Positions 31,090 through 42,109 are shown, counted from the stretch's first letter. The stretch is DNA of 64,000 nucleotides from an uncultured Chloroflexia bacterium (GCA_963810095.1 CAWEMM010000006.1:1472001-1536000), one strand, 5' to 3'. Notes: generated by a model not told the origin, from the sequence alone. Translations and numbers: made by a program.

Positions 31090-33430
31090 CCTGCCTCCTC
31101 CCGACAACAAAGGCAGTCACACTGCGCCACGGCACAGCTTGTCCGGTCAGCTGCCCGCGATAGAGCGTCTCGACGGTGGCCAGTTCTTCCCCAGAGAGCG
31201 ACTCCGCCAGACGCTGCCGGTATGAGGGCCGGCCGCCGTCCGCGCGTTCGCCAGGGGCCGCCGTGCCAAACCAGCGGTCCAGCGCCGCAGGCTGTATGCG
31301 GGTTTCAAGCTCGGTCTCCACGGCTTCGACCGTCACGTCGGCGAAACCCGCCCATTCGAGCACTGCCGCCAGCGCACCCTCGTCCCAGTTCACCGACGGA
31401 TCGGCCGGGTCCTGGTAGATCGCCTCTTCTGCGGCACGCAGCTTCTCAGCCAGGGCCGGCCCCAATCGTGCCCCGTCGATCAGCGCATACAAACGTTGGC
31501 TGCGCCTGGCCAGCACCTCCGCCAGGCTGATCCTGCCGCCGGGACGGGCCAGTGACGCGAGGACCTGCGCCGCGCCGGCAAGGTGCGCCGGCAGGTCGCC
31601 GTAAGCCGCCCGCTCCTCGGCCACCATCTCGAGGCTGACCGCGGTCATTCCCTTCTGCGGCGCCAGCGCGTTCCGCCCGAGTATCGCGTCGAAGCGCAGG
31701 TCGCCCTCCCCGCGCAGGTCGAGCAGCTCGCGCACGTCACGCAGCGTACCTTGCAGGATCACCGGGCGTTCCATCGGCCCCAGCCGGTTCGCGGACTCGC
31801 GCAGGGCTTCCGCCTCCCGCACCGACGCGGCCACCGCCCACACCCCGCCCTCGGGTGCGCGGCGCACCGCCTCCCAGGTCAGCAGCCCAGTCCCCGCGTT
31901 CAAATCCAGGACGATGCTGTGCCGCTGCAGCTTGGCCGCCCCCACCAGGCGGTCGCGCAGCGCGCTGAGCCGCTCGCCCGCGCCGCTGACCGCCCGGGCC
32001 AGCCACCGGTCGCGCTCGACGCCGGCTTTGTCGCCCGTATAGGTGAGCACTTCTGTCGCGCCGAACCCCTCCGCGCCCTCGAGCATGGCTGCCAGTTGCG
32101 CCTCCCGGCGCCGCTCGACCTCGGCCTTGATCGCCTGCTCATACCCGACTTCGCCTGGCTGGTAAAAGACCCGGCCCTGCAGCGCCTCGGGCAGGTACTG
32201 CTGCGCCACCCAGTGATCGCGATACGCGTGCGGGTACAGGTAGCCCTCGCCGTGGCCGAAGCCTTCCGCATCCCGGTTCGCATCGCGCAAGTGGCTGGGC
32301 ACCTCGGCCTCGCGCTCCTTCTCGACCACGCCGATCGCATCGAAGAAGGCAAAGGCAGAATTGCTCTTGGGCGCGGTGGCGAGGTAGAGTGCGGCTTCGG
32401 CCAGGTGGAACCGCCCCTCGGGCAGGCCGACGTAGTCGTACGCCTGGGCACACGCCATCACGGTCCGGATTGCGTTAGGGTCGGCCAGCCCCACGTCCTC
32501 GCCCGCAAAGACGATCATGCGGCGGAAGATGAAGCGCGGGTCCTCGCCTGCGTACACCATGCGCGCCATCCAGTACATCGCCGCGTCCGGGTCTGATCCT
32601 CGCAGGCTCTTGATGAACGCGCTGATCGTGTCGTAATGAACGTCACCCTCTTTGTCGTACAGCACCGCCCGGCGCTGGATGCTCTCCTCCGCGACTGCCA
32701 GGTCGATGCGGACCACGCCCTCTTCGTTCGGCGGCGTGGTCTCCACGGCCAACTCCAACGCGTTGAGCACCCCCCGGGCGTCGCCGTTCGCCACGTTGAC
32801 CAGGTGAGCGAGCGCGGCGTCGTCGAGCTGCACGTTGAGCTTGCCGTAACCGCGTTCGGGGTCGGCCAGCGCCTGGCGGGCGACCGCGAACAGGTTCGCC
32901 TCGGTCAGGGGCTTAAGCTGGAAGATGCGCGAGCGGCTGACGAGTGCCTTGTTGACCTCGAAATAGGGGTTTTCAGTCGTCGCGCCGACGAGGATGACGG
33001 TGCCGTTCTCGACCCAGGGCAGCAGCGCGTCCTGCTGGGCCTTGTTGAACCGGTGGACCTCGTCCACGAAGAGGATCGTGCGCTGGCCGAACTGCCCCCT
33101 GCGCTCCTGCGCCTCGGCAATCGCCTGCCGGATGTCGGCGACGCCGGCCAGTACGGCGTTAATCGCGATGAAGTGCCCGCGGGTCGTGTTGGCAATGACG
33201 CGAGCCAGTGTCGTCTTGCCCGTGCCCGGCGGGCCGTAGAAGATCACCGAGCTCAACTGGTCGGCCTGGATGGCCCGGCGCAGCAGCCGGCCTGGCCCGA
33301 CGATGTGCTCCTGGCCGATGAACTCGTCGAGCGTCCGCGGCCGCATCCGTGCGGCCAGCGGCGCGTCCTTCTCGGCCAGCTCGTTCCGCCGCAGCGCGAA
33401 CAGATCGCTTGATGGTGACTTCGTGGGCAT
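31064..33430 (-). CDS. rarA: Replication-associated recombination protein RarA/MgsA with C-terminal methyltransferase-like domain
   Basis: PLAARMRP, GPPGTGKTT, DEVHRFNKAQQD, GATTENP and SAFIKSLRGSDPDAA; tail VLDLNAGTG. Confidence 0.92.
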   Translation of the reverse strand: MPTKSPSSDLFALRRNELAEKDAPLAARMRPRTLDEFIGQEHIVGPGRLLRRAIQADQLSSVIFYGPPGTGKTTLARVIANTTRGHFIAINAVLAGVADIRQAIAEAQERRGQFGQRTILFVDEVHRFNKAQQDALLPWVENGTVILVGATTENPYFEVNKALVSRSRIFQLKPLTEANLFAVARQALADPERGYGKLNVQLDDAALAHLVNVANGDARGVLNALELAVETTPPNEEGVVRIDLAVAEESIQRRAVLYDKEGDVHYDTISAFIKSLRGSDPDAAMYWMARMVYAGEDPRFIFRRMIVFAGEDVGLADPNAIRTVMACAQAYDYVGLPEGRFHLAEAALYLATAPKSNSAFAFFDAIGVVEKEREAEVPSHLRDANRDAEGFGHGEGYLYPHAYRDHWVAQQYLPEALQGRVFYQPGEVGYEQAIKAEVERRREAQLAAMLEGAEGFGATEVLTYTGDKAGVERDRWLARAVSGAGERLSALRDRLVGAAKLQRHSIVLDLNAGTGLLTWEAVRRAPEGGVWAVAASVREAEALRESANRLGPMERPVILQGTLRDVRELLDLRGEGDLRFDAILGRNALAPQKGMTAVSLEMVAEERAAYGDLPAHLAGAAQVLASLARPGGRISLAEVLARRSQRLYALIDGARLGPALAEKLRAAEEAIYQDPADPSVNWDEGALAAVLEWAGFADVTVEAVETELETRIQPAALDRWFGTAAPGERADGGRPSYRQRLAESLSGEELATVETLYRGQLTGQAVPWRSVTAFVVGRRQDDPPDRRH

Positions 33431-33480
33431 GCGAGGATTGTAGCATAGCCGGGGGCCTGCGCAACGAGGACCCGGCCGGA

Positions 33481-36090
33481 TTACAGGAACTCGATGTAGC
33501 CCTCCGTGCCATTCACGCGAATCCGCTCTCCATCCTTGATCCGTTTCGTCGCATTCTCCACGCCAATAACCGCCGGCAAGCCGTATTCACGCGCGATCAC
33601 CGCACCGTGCGTCATCAATCCGCCCACTTCGGTCACCAGCCCCGCGGCAGACACGAACAAGGGCGTCCAGCTCGGGTCCGTGAACGTAGTCACCAGGATG
33701 TCGCCGTCAGCCAGTTCGGCCTCCGCCATATTCAGGATGACCCGTGCGCGGCCTTCGACCACGCCGGAAGAAACCGCGAGGCCGAGGAGCGCTCCGGGGG
33801 GTGCCCCTTCCCGTCCATACGCCCCCGCGACGATCTCCCCGTCCGACGTGATCACCCGCGGCGGCGTCAGCTTCGCGTATCGCTCGTATTCGCGCTTGCG
33901 GCCAGGAATGCGCGCGTAATCCAGGCGCTGCGTACGCACCGCCTCATGCAGCTCCTCGAACGTGAGGTAGTAGATATCCTTCGCTTGGTGAATGAGACCG
34001 GCCCGCACGAGTCGCTCCGCTTCTTTCAGCAGCGCCTGTTTGTAGACGAAGTAGCGGCTGACCATAACGTATTTCGGATACTCACGATGACCGATCAGGT
34101 TCCGGAACAGGTCGATCATCCGTTTTGTCTCTCGAGCCTTTCGCGCGCCGCCAGGCAGTTGCCTCAATCGCTCGAGCAGCTCCTGCTCCTTCGCCATGGC
34201 CGCCTGTCGCCCTTGATCAAATCTCCGCTCGCCGGCGCCGGGCTCGAAGTTCCTGACGTTGTTGAGGATTGTGGGCACGAGCGTCGACGGGCGCTCGCTC
34301 CAGCGCGTGCGCGTGATATCGATTTCCCCCGCACAGCGCATGCCGTACCTGTCAAGGAAGGCAGCGAAGGCATTCTGAACTTCCCGGCCGCCCTCAAACC
34401 GGATTAGCCCATCCAGGAAGTCATCGTTTTCCACGTGGCGCAAGTAATCGACGATCTGCTGATGAGGCCGGATCACATCCGCGAGATCCAAGAGCGCCAG
34501 GCCCATTTCCGACGTGATATTATTGGGCGCCGAACGGGCAAGCGTGTCTGCCGCATTCTTTTCGCCCAGCCACTTCATCATCCTTCGGTTGAGCCATGAC
34601 GAGGCATACATCGCCACCAGCACGACTTCCATGCCTGCTGCGTACAGGGTCTGCTTCAATTGGAGTACATCTTCGGCGATGAAATCGAGCAGCTCGACCC
34701 CCGTCTTCCTTTCGATGGCTTGTTTCAGAACTTCGATCGACGCTTGGCTGCTCCGAACCACGTCTGAGATGATGGCCGGCTGGTTCTCGAATCTGGCCAG
34801 ATAACGCCAAGACATGGTCTGCTTGCGGTAAATCAGGCTCTGAACCTGCTTACCGTCCGGTGACGGCGTGATATAGTTCTTGCGCTTTGTGATGGTTATG
34901 AGCGCGTCTCGTATCAGCGGATCGGATTGACCCAGGGCATTGATGACCGTCCTGCCACGATCGGCCGAGGCCAGGTGACGCGTCACGTCGACAAACAGCC
35001 TTCCGCCGGCAGTTCGCATCAGCGCGGGGGTCGTTAGCAAGTAGAAAGACAATCCCAAAGGCCTTATCGGGTCGGTCATCATTTGCTGATGCCCCACCGA
35101 TACATACACGTGGTTTTCTCGATCGTCCGCCTCGGGGATGGGGTACAAAGTCGTGATCGGCCGGCTCTGGACGATATAGAATACATCGCCGGCCAGGCAC
35201 CATTCGATGTCCTGGGGCCGGCCGAAATGGTCTTCGATCCGCCTGCCGAGGCGCTCGAGTTCCACGATCTGCGCGTCTGTCAGGGTCGGCCGGTTCTCCT
35301 TCTCGGGCGGAAGTGCTTCTTCCTGCGTCCCACCCTCTGCCTGCGCGGTCAGCACCATCTTCTTCGTGGCGATTGTCCTTGCAATCACCCGGCCGTCACG
35401 GACTTTGTAGTTGTCGGCGTTGACGCGGCCTGCAACCAGGGCCTCGCCCAAGCCCCAGCTCGCATCGATCGATGACACCTTCCGATTGGACGTGACGGGA
35501 TCGGCAGTGAATAGGACCCCCGCCACTTGCGGGAAGACCATCTTCTGCACGAGGACGGCCGGCTGCACTTCGCGGTGATCGAAGCCGTTTAGTAGGCGGT
35601 AAGTGACCGCCCTCTCGGTGAACAGCGAGGCCCAGCACCGGCTGATGTGCCGCAGGATGGCCTCTTGACCGGCGATGTTCAAATACGTGTCCTGCTGGCC
35701 GGCAAAGGAGGCCGCCGGCAAATCCTCGGCCGTCGCGCTCGACCGCACCGCATAGGCGTCGTGCGCGCCCAGGCGGGCGAGGTAGTGACCGACCTCGGCG
35801 CTGATCTCCTCCGGGATGCCCGCCCCTGCGATGACCGCGCGGATCTCGGCGCTGAGCATAGCGATCGTTTCGCGGTCTTCCAGGCTGCACCGCGCCAACT
35901 GATCGAGCAGGGCACCCATGGCCGGTGTTTCGGCCATAGTTCTCGCAAAGGCTGCGGTCGTGACACAAAAGCCGGGGGGCACGCGAATCCCCGCCATCCT
36001 GCTCAGTTCCCCCAGGGCCGCGCCTTTGCCGCCCACCGCCTGCAGCTGCGTCCTATCCAGGTCCTCAAAGCCCAGCACGTACAAGTTCAT
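33481..36090 (-). CDS. rph: Rifamycin-inactivating phosphotransferase (PPDK_N, rifamycin-binding, His-swivel domains)
   Basis: VGGKG, AVRSSATAED, SFAGQ, VYVSVGHQQMMTD, GMRCAGEIDITR, REYPKY and C-terminal TDPSWTPLF..GGLMTHGAVIAREYG; 869 aa. Confidence 0.85.
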   Translation of the reverse strand: MNLYVLGFEDLDRTQLQAVGGKGAALGELSRMAGIRVPPGFCVTTAAFARTMAETPAMGALLDQLARCSLEDRETIAMLSAEIRAVIAGAGIPEEISAEVGHYLARLGAHDAYAVRSSATAEDLPAASFAGQQDTYLNIAGQEAILRHISRCWASLFTERAVTYRLLNGFDHREVQPAVLVQKMVFPQVAGVLFTADPVTSNRKVSSIDASWGLGEALVAGRVNADNYKVRDGRVIARTIATKKMVLTAQAEGGTQEEALPPEKENRPTLTDAQIVELERLGRRIEDHFGRPQDIEWCLAGDVFYIVQSRPITTLYPIPEADDRENHVYVSVGHQQMMTDPIRPLGLSFYLLTTPALMRTAGGRLFVDVTRHLASADRGRTVINALGQSDPLIRDALITITKRKNYITPSPDGKQVQSLIYRKQTMSWRYLARFENQPAIISDVVRSSQASIEVLKQAIERKTGVELLDFIAEDVLQLKQTLYAAGMEVVLVAMYASSWLNRRMMKWLGEKNAADTLARSAPNNITSEMGLALLDLADVIRPHQQIVDYLRHVENDDFLDGLIRFEGGREVQNAFAAFLDRYGMRCAGEIDITRTRWSERPSTLVPTILNNVRNFEPGAGERRFDQGRQAAMAKEQELLERLRQLPGGARKARETKRMIDLFRNLIGHREYPKYVMVSRYFVYKQALLKEAERLVRAGLIHQAKDIYYLTFEELHEAVRTQRLDYARIPGRKREYERYAKLTPPRVITSDGEIVAGAYGREGAPPGALLGLAVSSGVVEGRARVILNMAEAELADGDILVTTFTDPSWTPLFVSAAGLVTEVGGLMTHGAVIAREYGLPAVIGVENATKRIKDGERIRVNGTEGYIEFL

Positions 36091-36198
36091 GTGGTCTACC
36101 TCTGTGCCTTAAGCTTATCACCTGCGTCAAGGTGCGCGTGTCGGTGCGCCCTGGCCCCGGCTTGCTGCCGCGTCAGCCCTGCCCGCCCACGGGCAACG

Positions 36199-36236
36199 AT
36201 AGACCGGGTTTCTGCTGCAGCAGAAACCCGGTCTAT
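36199..36236. repeat. Perfect 38-bp palindrome (AGAAACCCGGT family)
   Basis: ATAGACCGGGTTTCTGCTGCAGCAGAAACCCGGTCTAT. Confidence 0.9.
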
Positions 36237-36282
36237 TCTCCTGCGTATCGCCGCGTCTTTGTCTTTCGGTTATACTCTCGGC

Positions 36283-36513
36283 ATGACCGACCAACGTCCG
36301 CCCACCGACACCCGCGCCGACCGCCGCCGTCTCGACCGCAACCTGGCCTGGGCCGTGGTGATCTTCCTGGTCGGGGTAGGGGGCCTGTTCATCGCACTGA
36401 CCTACGGGCGCACGGCCGTCTTCCTGGGCGTGAGCTGCCTTGCCGCCGGCGCCGCCATCTTCGGCCTGCTCTGGCTGATCCTCACCCTCATGGAGCGCTG
36501 GGCGAACAGGTAG
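36283..36513 (+). CDS. Small two-TM membrane protein
   Basis: MTDQRPPTD...; two hydrophobic helices; TATACT just upstream. Confidence 0.7.
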   Translation: MTDQRPPTDTRADRRRLDRNLAWAVVIFLVGVGGLFIALTYGRTAVFLGVSCLAAGAAIFGLLWLILTLMERWANR

Positions 36514-36534
36514 ACCTCTTGCCCTATTGCGAGT

Positions 36535-36879
36535 TCACCCGCCCACCAGCTTCACCTTGTACCCCATCAGCCGCAGCTTCTCGGCCACCTTGTCGCGCTG
36601 ATCCCCTTGGATCTCGATCTCGCCTTCCTTGATCGTTCCACCTGTGCCGCACGCGATCTTCAGCGTCGCCAGCAGTTCCTTGAACGTTGCGGTATTGTGC
36701 TGCAGCCCGTAGACGACCGTGACGGTCTTGCCGGCCCGGCCTTTCCGGTCGCGCTTCACGTAAGCCGTCTGCTGCTTGGGCGCCAGGTCGACCGTCTGGC
36801 AGATACAAGGCGCGGAGCCGCAGCGCGGGCACTGCTTGACCGGCTCGGGATCGGTTGAATAGACGATACGCGGAGACAT
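36535..36879 (-). CDS. yciH: SUI1/YciH translation factor
   Basis: IVYSTD, RKGRAGKTVT, LKIACGTGGT and IEIQGD. Confidence 0.93.
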   Translation of the reverse strand: MSPRIVYSTDPEPVKQCPRCGSAPCICQTVDLAPKQQTAYVKRDRKGRAGKTVTVVYGLQHNTATFKELLATLKIACGTGGTIKEGEIEIQGDQRDKVAEKLRLMGYKVKLVGG

Positions 36880-36983
36880 GGGCTGGGACCTCTTATTGTG
36901 CGTGGGGCGTTCTATGGTACAATGAAGACATAATCGCCGGCACTCGAATTGTGCCCACAGTGTATCACAAAGGGGAGGTTACC

Positions 36984-37332
36984 CTGGAAGGTCTCGAACT
37001 AGCGCACGCAATCGTTGGGAAGCTGGAAGAACACCAGGCTTCAGACATCGTCTTGATGGACCTGCGCGAGATTACGCCCCTGGCCGATTATTTCGTCATC
37101 TGCTCGACCGACTCGGAGCGCCAGGCTCGCACGCTGCAGGAAATGCTGCTGGAAGAAATGAAGAAGGACCTCAAGGTGCGGCCCTTGTCAAGCGAGGGTG
37201 AAGCTGCATCAGGATGGACCTTGATCGACTACAACTGGGTCGTCGTCCACATTTTCTCGCAGCGACATGCGCGCCTATTACCGGCTTGAAGAGCTGTGGA
37301 AGGCCGCGCCCGTCGTGCTCAAAATCCAATAA
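36984..37332 (+). CDS. rsfS: Ribosome silencing factor; apparent CTG start, frameshift near 37260
   Basis: DIVLMDL, ADYFVIC and WTLIDYNWVVVHIF, then RAYYRLEELW in the shifted frame; RBS GGAGG. Confidence 0.88.
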
Positions 37333-37338
37333 CGGTTG

Positions 37339-37370
37339 GGGTGAGGCGCCCGCAAGCGGGCGCCTCACCC
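37339..37370. terminator. Hairpin between convergent rsfS and ndk
   Basis: GGGTGAGGCGCCCGC-AA-GCGGGCGCCTCACCC. Confidence 0.65.
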
Positions 37371-37378
37371 TCGTCATG

Positions 37379-37828
37379 CTACTCGAAAATCCACTCGTCG
37401 ACCGCGCGACCGTAATCCCAAAGCTCCTCGGGCTTGAACCACAGCGCGATCTCCGTCGCCGCGCTCTCGGGCCCGTCCGACCCATGCACCAGGTTGCGTC
37501 CCATCTCGAGGCTGAAATCCGCCCGGATCGTGCCGGGTGCGGCCTTCGCCGGATTCGTCGCGCCCATCGTCGACCGCGCGACGTCGATAGCATTCGTGCC
37601 TTCCAGCACCATCGCCACCACCGGGCCGCTCGTGATGTACTTGATCAGACCCTCGAAGAACCCCTTGCCGACGTGCGCGGCATAATGTTGATGTGCAAAC
37701 TCAGCGGTCACATGCACCATTTTCAGCGCCACGATCTTCAGCCCGCGGCGCTCGAAACGATTGACGATTTCCCCTACCAGCCCGCGCTGCACGGCATCGG
37801 GCTTCAACATGACAAAGGTGCGCTCCAC
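37379..37828 (-). CDS. ndk: Nucleoside diphosphate kinase
   Basis: [22 protein letters not shown] and NLVHGSD. Confidence 0.97.
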   Translation of the reverse strand: MERTFVMLKPDAVQRGLVGEIVNRFERRGLKIVALKMVHVTAEFAHQHYAAHVGKGFFEGLIKYITSGPVVAMVLEGTNAIDVARSTMGATNPAKAAPGTIRADFSLEMGRNLVHGSDGPESAATEIALWFKPEELWDYGRAVDEWIFE

Positions 37829-37910
37829 AGACCCTCTCCTGATTGTGATTGTTACTCGACGGGGACCATGATAGCACGTTGGTGACGGGGGGGACAAAAG
37901 GAGCGGGCAC

Positions 37911-38936
<1,026 letters not shown>

Positions 38937-38964
38937 GCTTGACGCCCGTCGTGCTTGACGCGCG

Positions 38965-39414
38965 TCACGGCTCAGGACTGAAGTACCACATCCACTTGCT
39001 GCCCCGCATCTCCTTGATGATGTGCCCGGTGGTCAGCACGCCCAGGGCCCGCAGCCCGACATCGCCGTGCTCGCTGACGACAAGGTGGCTGATGCACCGT
39101 TCCATCATGATCCGGATCGCTTCCTGCAAGGTCATTTCGGGCGGGATGGCGATCACTTTCCCGCTCATTACGTCGCGCGCTTTCAGACCCTTGTGATCCT
39201 GCCCGTAGAATGCCAGCAGGTCGATCTGGCTGATCGTGCCCAGCGCTTCTTCGTCCGGCCCGGTGACGACCAGGACCTGGACGTTCGTATCCGCCATGAT
39301 GCGGATGACTTCGTCAAGCGGCGTACTGGGTTTGCACCCGATGACGCCTCGGTGCATGACGCTGCCGACGTGGGCGACTTCGACGGTGCTCGAGGCGAGG
39401 CGTTCCGACACCAT
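38965..39414 (-). CDS. CBS-domain pair protein
   Basis: Two CBS repeats (VMHRGVI..., ARDVMSGKVI...). Confidence 0.85.
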   Translation of the reverse strand: MVSERLASSTVEVAHVGSVMHRGVIGCKPSTPLDEVIRIMADTNVQVLVVTGPDEEALGTISQIDLLAFYGQDHKGLKARDVMSGKVIAIPPEMTLQEAIRIMMERCISHLVVSEHGDVGLRALGVLTTGHIIKEMRGSKWMWYFSPEP

Positions 39415-39592
39415 TGTCCACCTCCTTTGGCCTGCTGACGCTCGCTAAGGCAGGCCACGCGCGTATCTTAGCACCGCAGCAATGGCCTGTAAAGAGGTTT
39501 TGTCCGATGGCAGGCTAATCAAAGGCCAACTCAGAACCGGTGTTGACATGTCCGCTATAATTGGGCCGTCTGCAAAGGACGCTGGAGGGGAT

Positions 39593-40069
39593 GTGAGCGA
39601 GGAACAACAGGCGCCCCGGTATGATCCGCCGCCGGGACTGGTAGCCCTGGGAACCGAGGTTGAGGTGGAATTGGTCGGGCGCGACGGCGACGTCGAGCGG
39701 CTGGTATTCGACATTGTCCCCGAGCAGGCTGCGGACTTCGAGGCGGGCTTTCTGGCGATCACCACGCCGCTCGCCCGCGCGATCGTCGGCAGGTCGGCCG
39801 GCGTCGAGGTCCCCTACCGCATGGGCGACGTCGTGCGGGTGCGTATCGTGTCGGTCCGGCGCAGCGAGCGGCGGGCCGAGCACGGCGCGGCCGCGGAGCG
39901 TGACGCTGCGACGCGCGACGCGGTGCAGCGTGCCAAGACCGACGAGACGATCCAGCTCGCCCTGACCTTCAGCAGCAAATGGGGCGACTACGATCCGGAG
40001 CCGCTCGAACGGGATGCGTCCCTTTCGGACGATGGGGATGCGAACGACCCGGGTGAGGATAGTGGATGA
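39593..40069 (+). CDS. GreA/GreB C-terminal-domain-only protein
   Basis: VALGTEVEV, ADFEAGFLAITTPLARAIVG; no N-terminal coiled coil. Confidence 0.7.
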   Translation: MSEEQQAPRYDPPPGLVALGTEVEVELVGRDGDVERLVFDIVPEQAADFEAGFLAITTPLARAIVGRSAGVEVPYRMGDVVRVRIVSVRRSERRAEHGAAAERDAATRDAVQRAKTDETIQLALTFSSKWGDYDPEPLERDASLSDDGDANDPGEDSG

Positions 40070-40920
40070 GCGTCGATGTTCGCCGGCTGGAGAGCCCTGA
40101 GACCGCGCGCCAGGCGGTCGAGCTCCAGCATGCCGTCTGGGGAGGCGACGAAGTGCCCGCCCACGTGCTTCTCACCGCCGAGCATAATGGCGGATTATGT
40201 GCCGGCGCGTTCGTCGACGGCGTCCTGGCCGGTTTTGTGTGGGGCTTCCTGGGTTTCGACGATCGGGTGCACCCACCCCGGCTCAAGCACTGTTCGCATC
40301 AACTGGGCGTCCACCCGGCCTACCGCAACCTCGGGCTCGGTTTCCTGCTCAAGTGTTTTCAATGGGAATGCGTTCGGGACCAGGGGCTCGAGCTGATTAC
40401 CTGGACGTACGATCCTCTGCTTGCGGCCAATGCGCATCTCAATATCGCCCGGCTGGGCGCGGTGTGCAACACGTATCGCCGCGACGAATACGGCAACCTG
40501 GACGACGATTTGAACGCGGGCCTGCCCACCGACCGCTTCCAGGTCGATCTGTGGGTTGCTGCGCCGCGGGTGTGTGCTGCGATGGAGGGACAGGGGCCCG
40601 AGCCGCCTCCCACTGCCGCGGGCCGTTGGCTGAACCCACCCGGTCGTGATGGGGCCGTGCGGCCGCCTGCCCCGTACGAGATCGCTGCGATCGCCCAATC
40701 GGCCGGCCCGGTGGCGCTCGCCATCCCACCTGATTTCCAAGTCTTGCGGGAAGCTGACCCCGGTCAAGCTGCGGCGTGGCGGTTCGCGACCCGCGACGCG
40801 TTCGAGGTCCTTTTCGCCCGCGGCTACGCCGTTACGCATTTCGTACGCGGTCCGGGTTTCGGTCACTACGTGCTGCAGCCGGCTGAAGTGCCCGGCACCT
40901 CGAAGGTGTCCAGCACTTGA
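40066..40920 (+). CDS. GNAT N-acyltransferase (putative D-amino acid N-succinyltransferase)
   Basis: HCSHQLGVHPAYRNLGLG, WTYDPL..NAHLN..RLG and GLPTDRF. Confidence 0.85.
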   Translation: MSVDVRRLESPETARQAVELQHAVWGGDEVPAHVLLTAEHNGGLCAGAFVDGVLAGFVWGFLGFDDRVHPPRLKHCSHQLGVHPAYRNLGLGFLLKCFQWECVRDQGLELITWTYDPLLAANAHLNIARLGAVCNTYRRDEYGNLDDDLNAGLPTDRFQVDLWVAAPRVCAAMEGQGPEPPPTAAGRWLNPPGRDGAVRPPAPYEIAAIAQSAGPVALAIPPDFQVLREADPGQAAAWRFATRDAFEVLFARGYAVTHFVRGPGFGHYVLQPAEVPGTSKVSST

Positions 40921-40948
40921 AGGTGGCCTGCACTTGAAGGAGAACACG

Positions 40949-42064
40949 ATGCGCATCGATCAAATCGCCCTGCACCACCTGCGGATGCCGCTTGTCGCGC
41001 CGTTCGAGACTTCATTTGGCCGCGTCACCGACCGTGAGTGCATCCTCATTCTTGTCCACTCGGAGGGGCTGACAGGTTACGGGGAGTGCGTGGCCGACCG
41101 TGACCCCGGCTACGCCTACGAAACTGCCGGCACGGCCTGGCACATCCTTACCGAGTTCCTCTGCCCCGCCATCCTGGGCAAAGACATTGCCGGCCCGGCC
41201 GACTACCGCCTCGCAACTGCCGGCGTGCGCGGGCACCCCATGGCCAAGGCCGGGCTTGAAATGGCGTTGTGGGATCTCATGGGGAAGCGCGAGGGCCGTT
41301 CGCTGCGCGAGCTGCTGGGCGGCGTGTGCGAGCGGGTGGATGTGGGCGTCTCGGTCGGGCTGCAGGCCTCGCCCGCGGCGCTGGTGGAGACCGTCGGCCG
41401 CTACCTCGAGCAAGGGTATGGCCGGATCAAGATCAAAATCAAGCCGGGCCGGGATGTCGGGGACGCGGCTGCGGTGCGGGCGGCTTTCCCACAGATCCGC
41501 CTGCAGGTCGACGCCAACTCGGCCTATACGCTGGAGACGGCCGGCGCGCTGCTGCCGCTCGACGATCTGGACCTCCTCTTGATCGAGCAACCGCTGTCGG
41601 AGGACGATATTTGGGACCACCGGCAGTTGCAGGGCCGCCTGCGCACACCGATCTGCCTCGACGAAAGCATCCTCACTGCCCGCCATGCCCGGCAAGCCAT
41701 CGAGATGAAAGCCTGCCGGGTGATCAACATTAAGGCGGGCCGGGTCGGCGGGCTGACCGAGGCAGTCGCGGTACACGATACCTGCCTCGAGCGGGGCATC
41801 CCCGTGTGGTGCGGCGGGATGCTGGAAACCGGGGTGGGACGGGCGGCGAATCTGGCGCTCGCCAGCCTGTCCAACTTTGTCCTGCCCGGCGACATCTCCG
41901 CGTCGGACCGCTATTACCGGCAGGACATCACGCACGAGCGTTTCACGCTCAACCACGACAGCACGATCGACGTGCCGCAGGGCGCCGGGCTGGGCGTGAC
42001 GCTGGACGAGGCCGCGATGGAGGCTTTCACCCTGCGCAGTTGGGCCACAGGCTCGCACCGGTGA
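40949..42064 (+). CDS. menC: o-succinylbenzoate synthase / N-succinylamino acid racemase
   Basis: PFETSFG, KIKIKPG, VDAN, IEQP, LDES, NIKAGRVGG, WCGGMLE and PGDISAS. Confidence 0.9.
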   Translation: MRIDQIALHHLRMPLVAPFETSFGRVTDRECILILVHSEGLTGYGECVADRDPGYAYETAGTAWHILTEFLCPAILGKDIAGPADYRLATAGVRGHPMAKAGLEMALWDLMGKREGRSLRELLGGVCERVDVGVSVGLQASPAALVETVGRYLEQGYGRIKIKIKPGRDVGDAAAVRAAFPQIRLQVDANSAYTLETAGALLPLDDLDLLLIEQPLSEDDIWDHRQLQGRLRTPICLDESILTARHARQAIEMKACRVINIKAGRVGGLTEAVAVHDTCLERGIPVWCGGMLETGVGRAANLALASLSNFVLPGDISASDRYYRQDITHERFTLNHDSTIDVPQGAGLGVTLDEAAMEAFTLRSWATGSHR

Positions 42065-42109
42065 TGTTGAGGCGCCGGGCGGCTTGACTGCCTCAGGCCG
42101 GCGTACGTT

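Noticed and set aside
33481-36090. Ordinary PEP synthase (ppsA)
   Set aside because: The His domain is C-terminal and the PEP/pyruvate-binding barrel is absent, which is the RPH architecture
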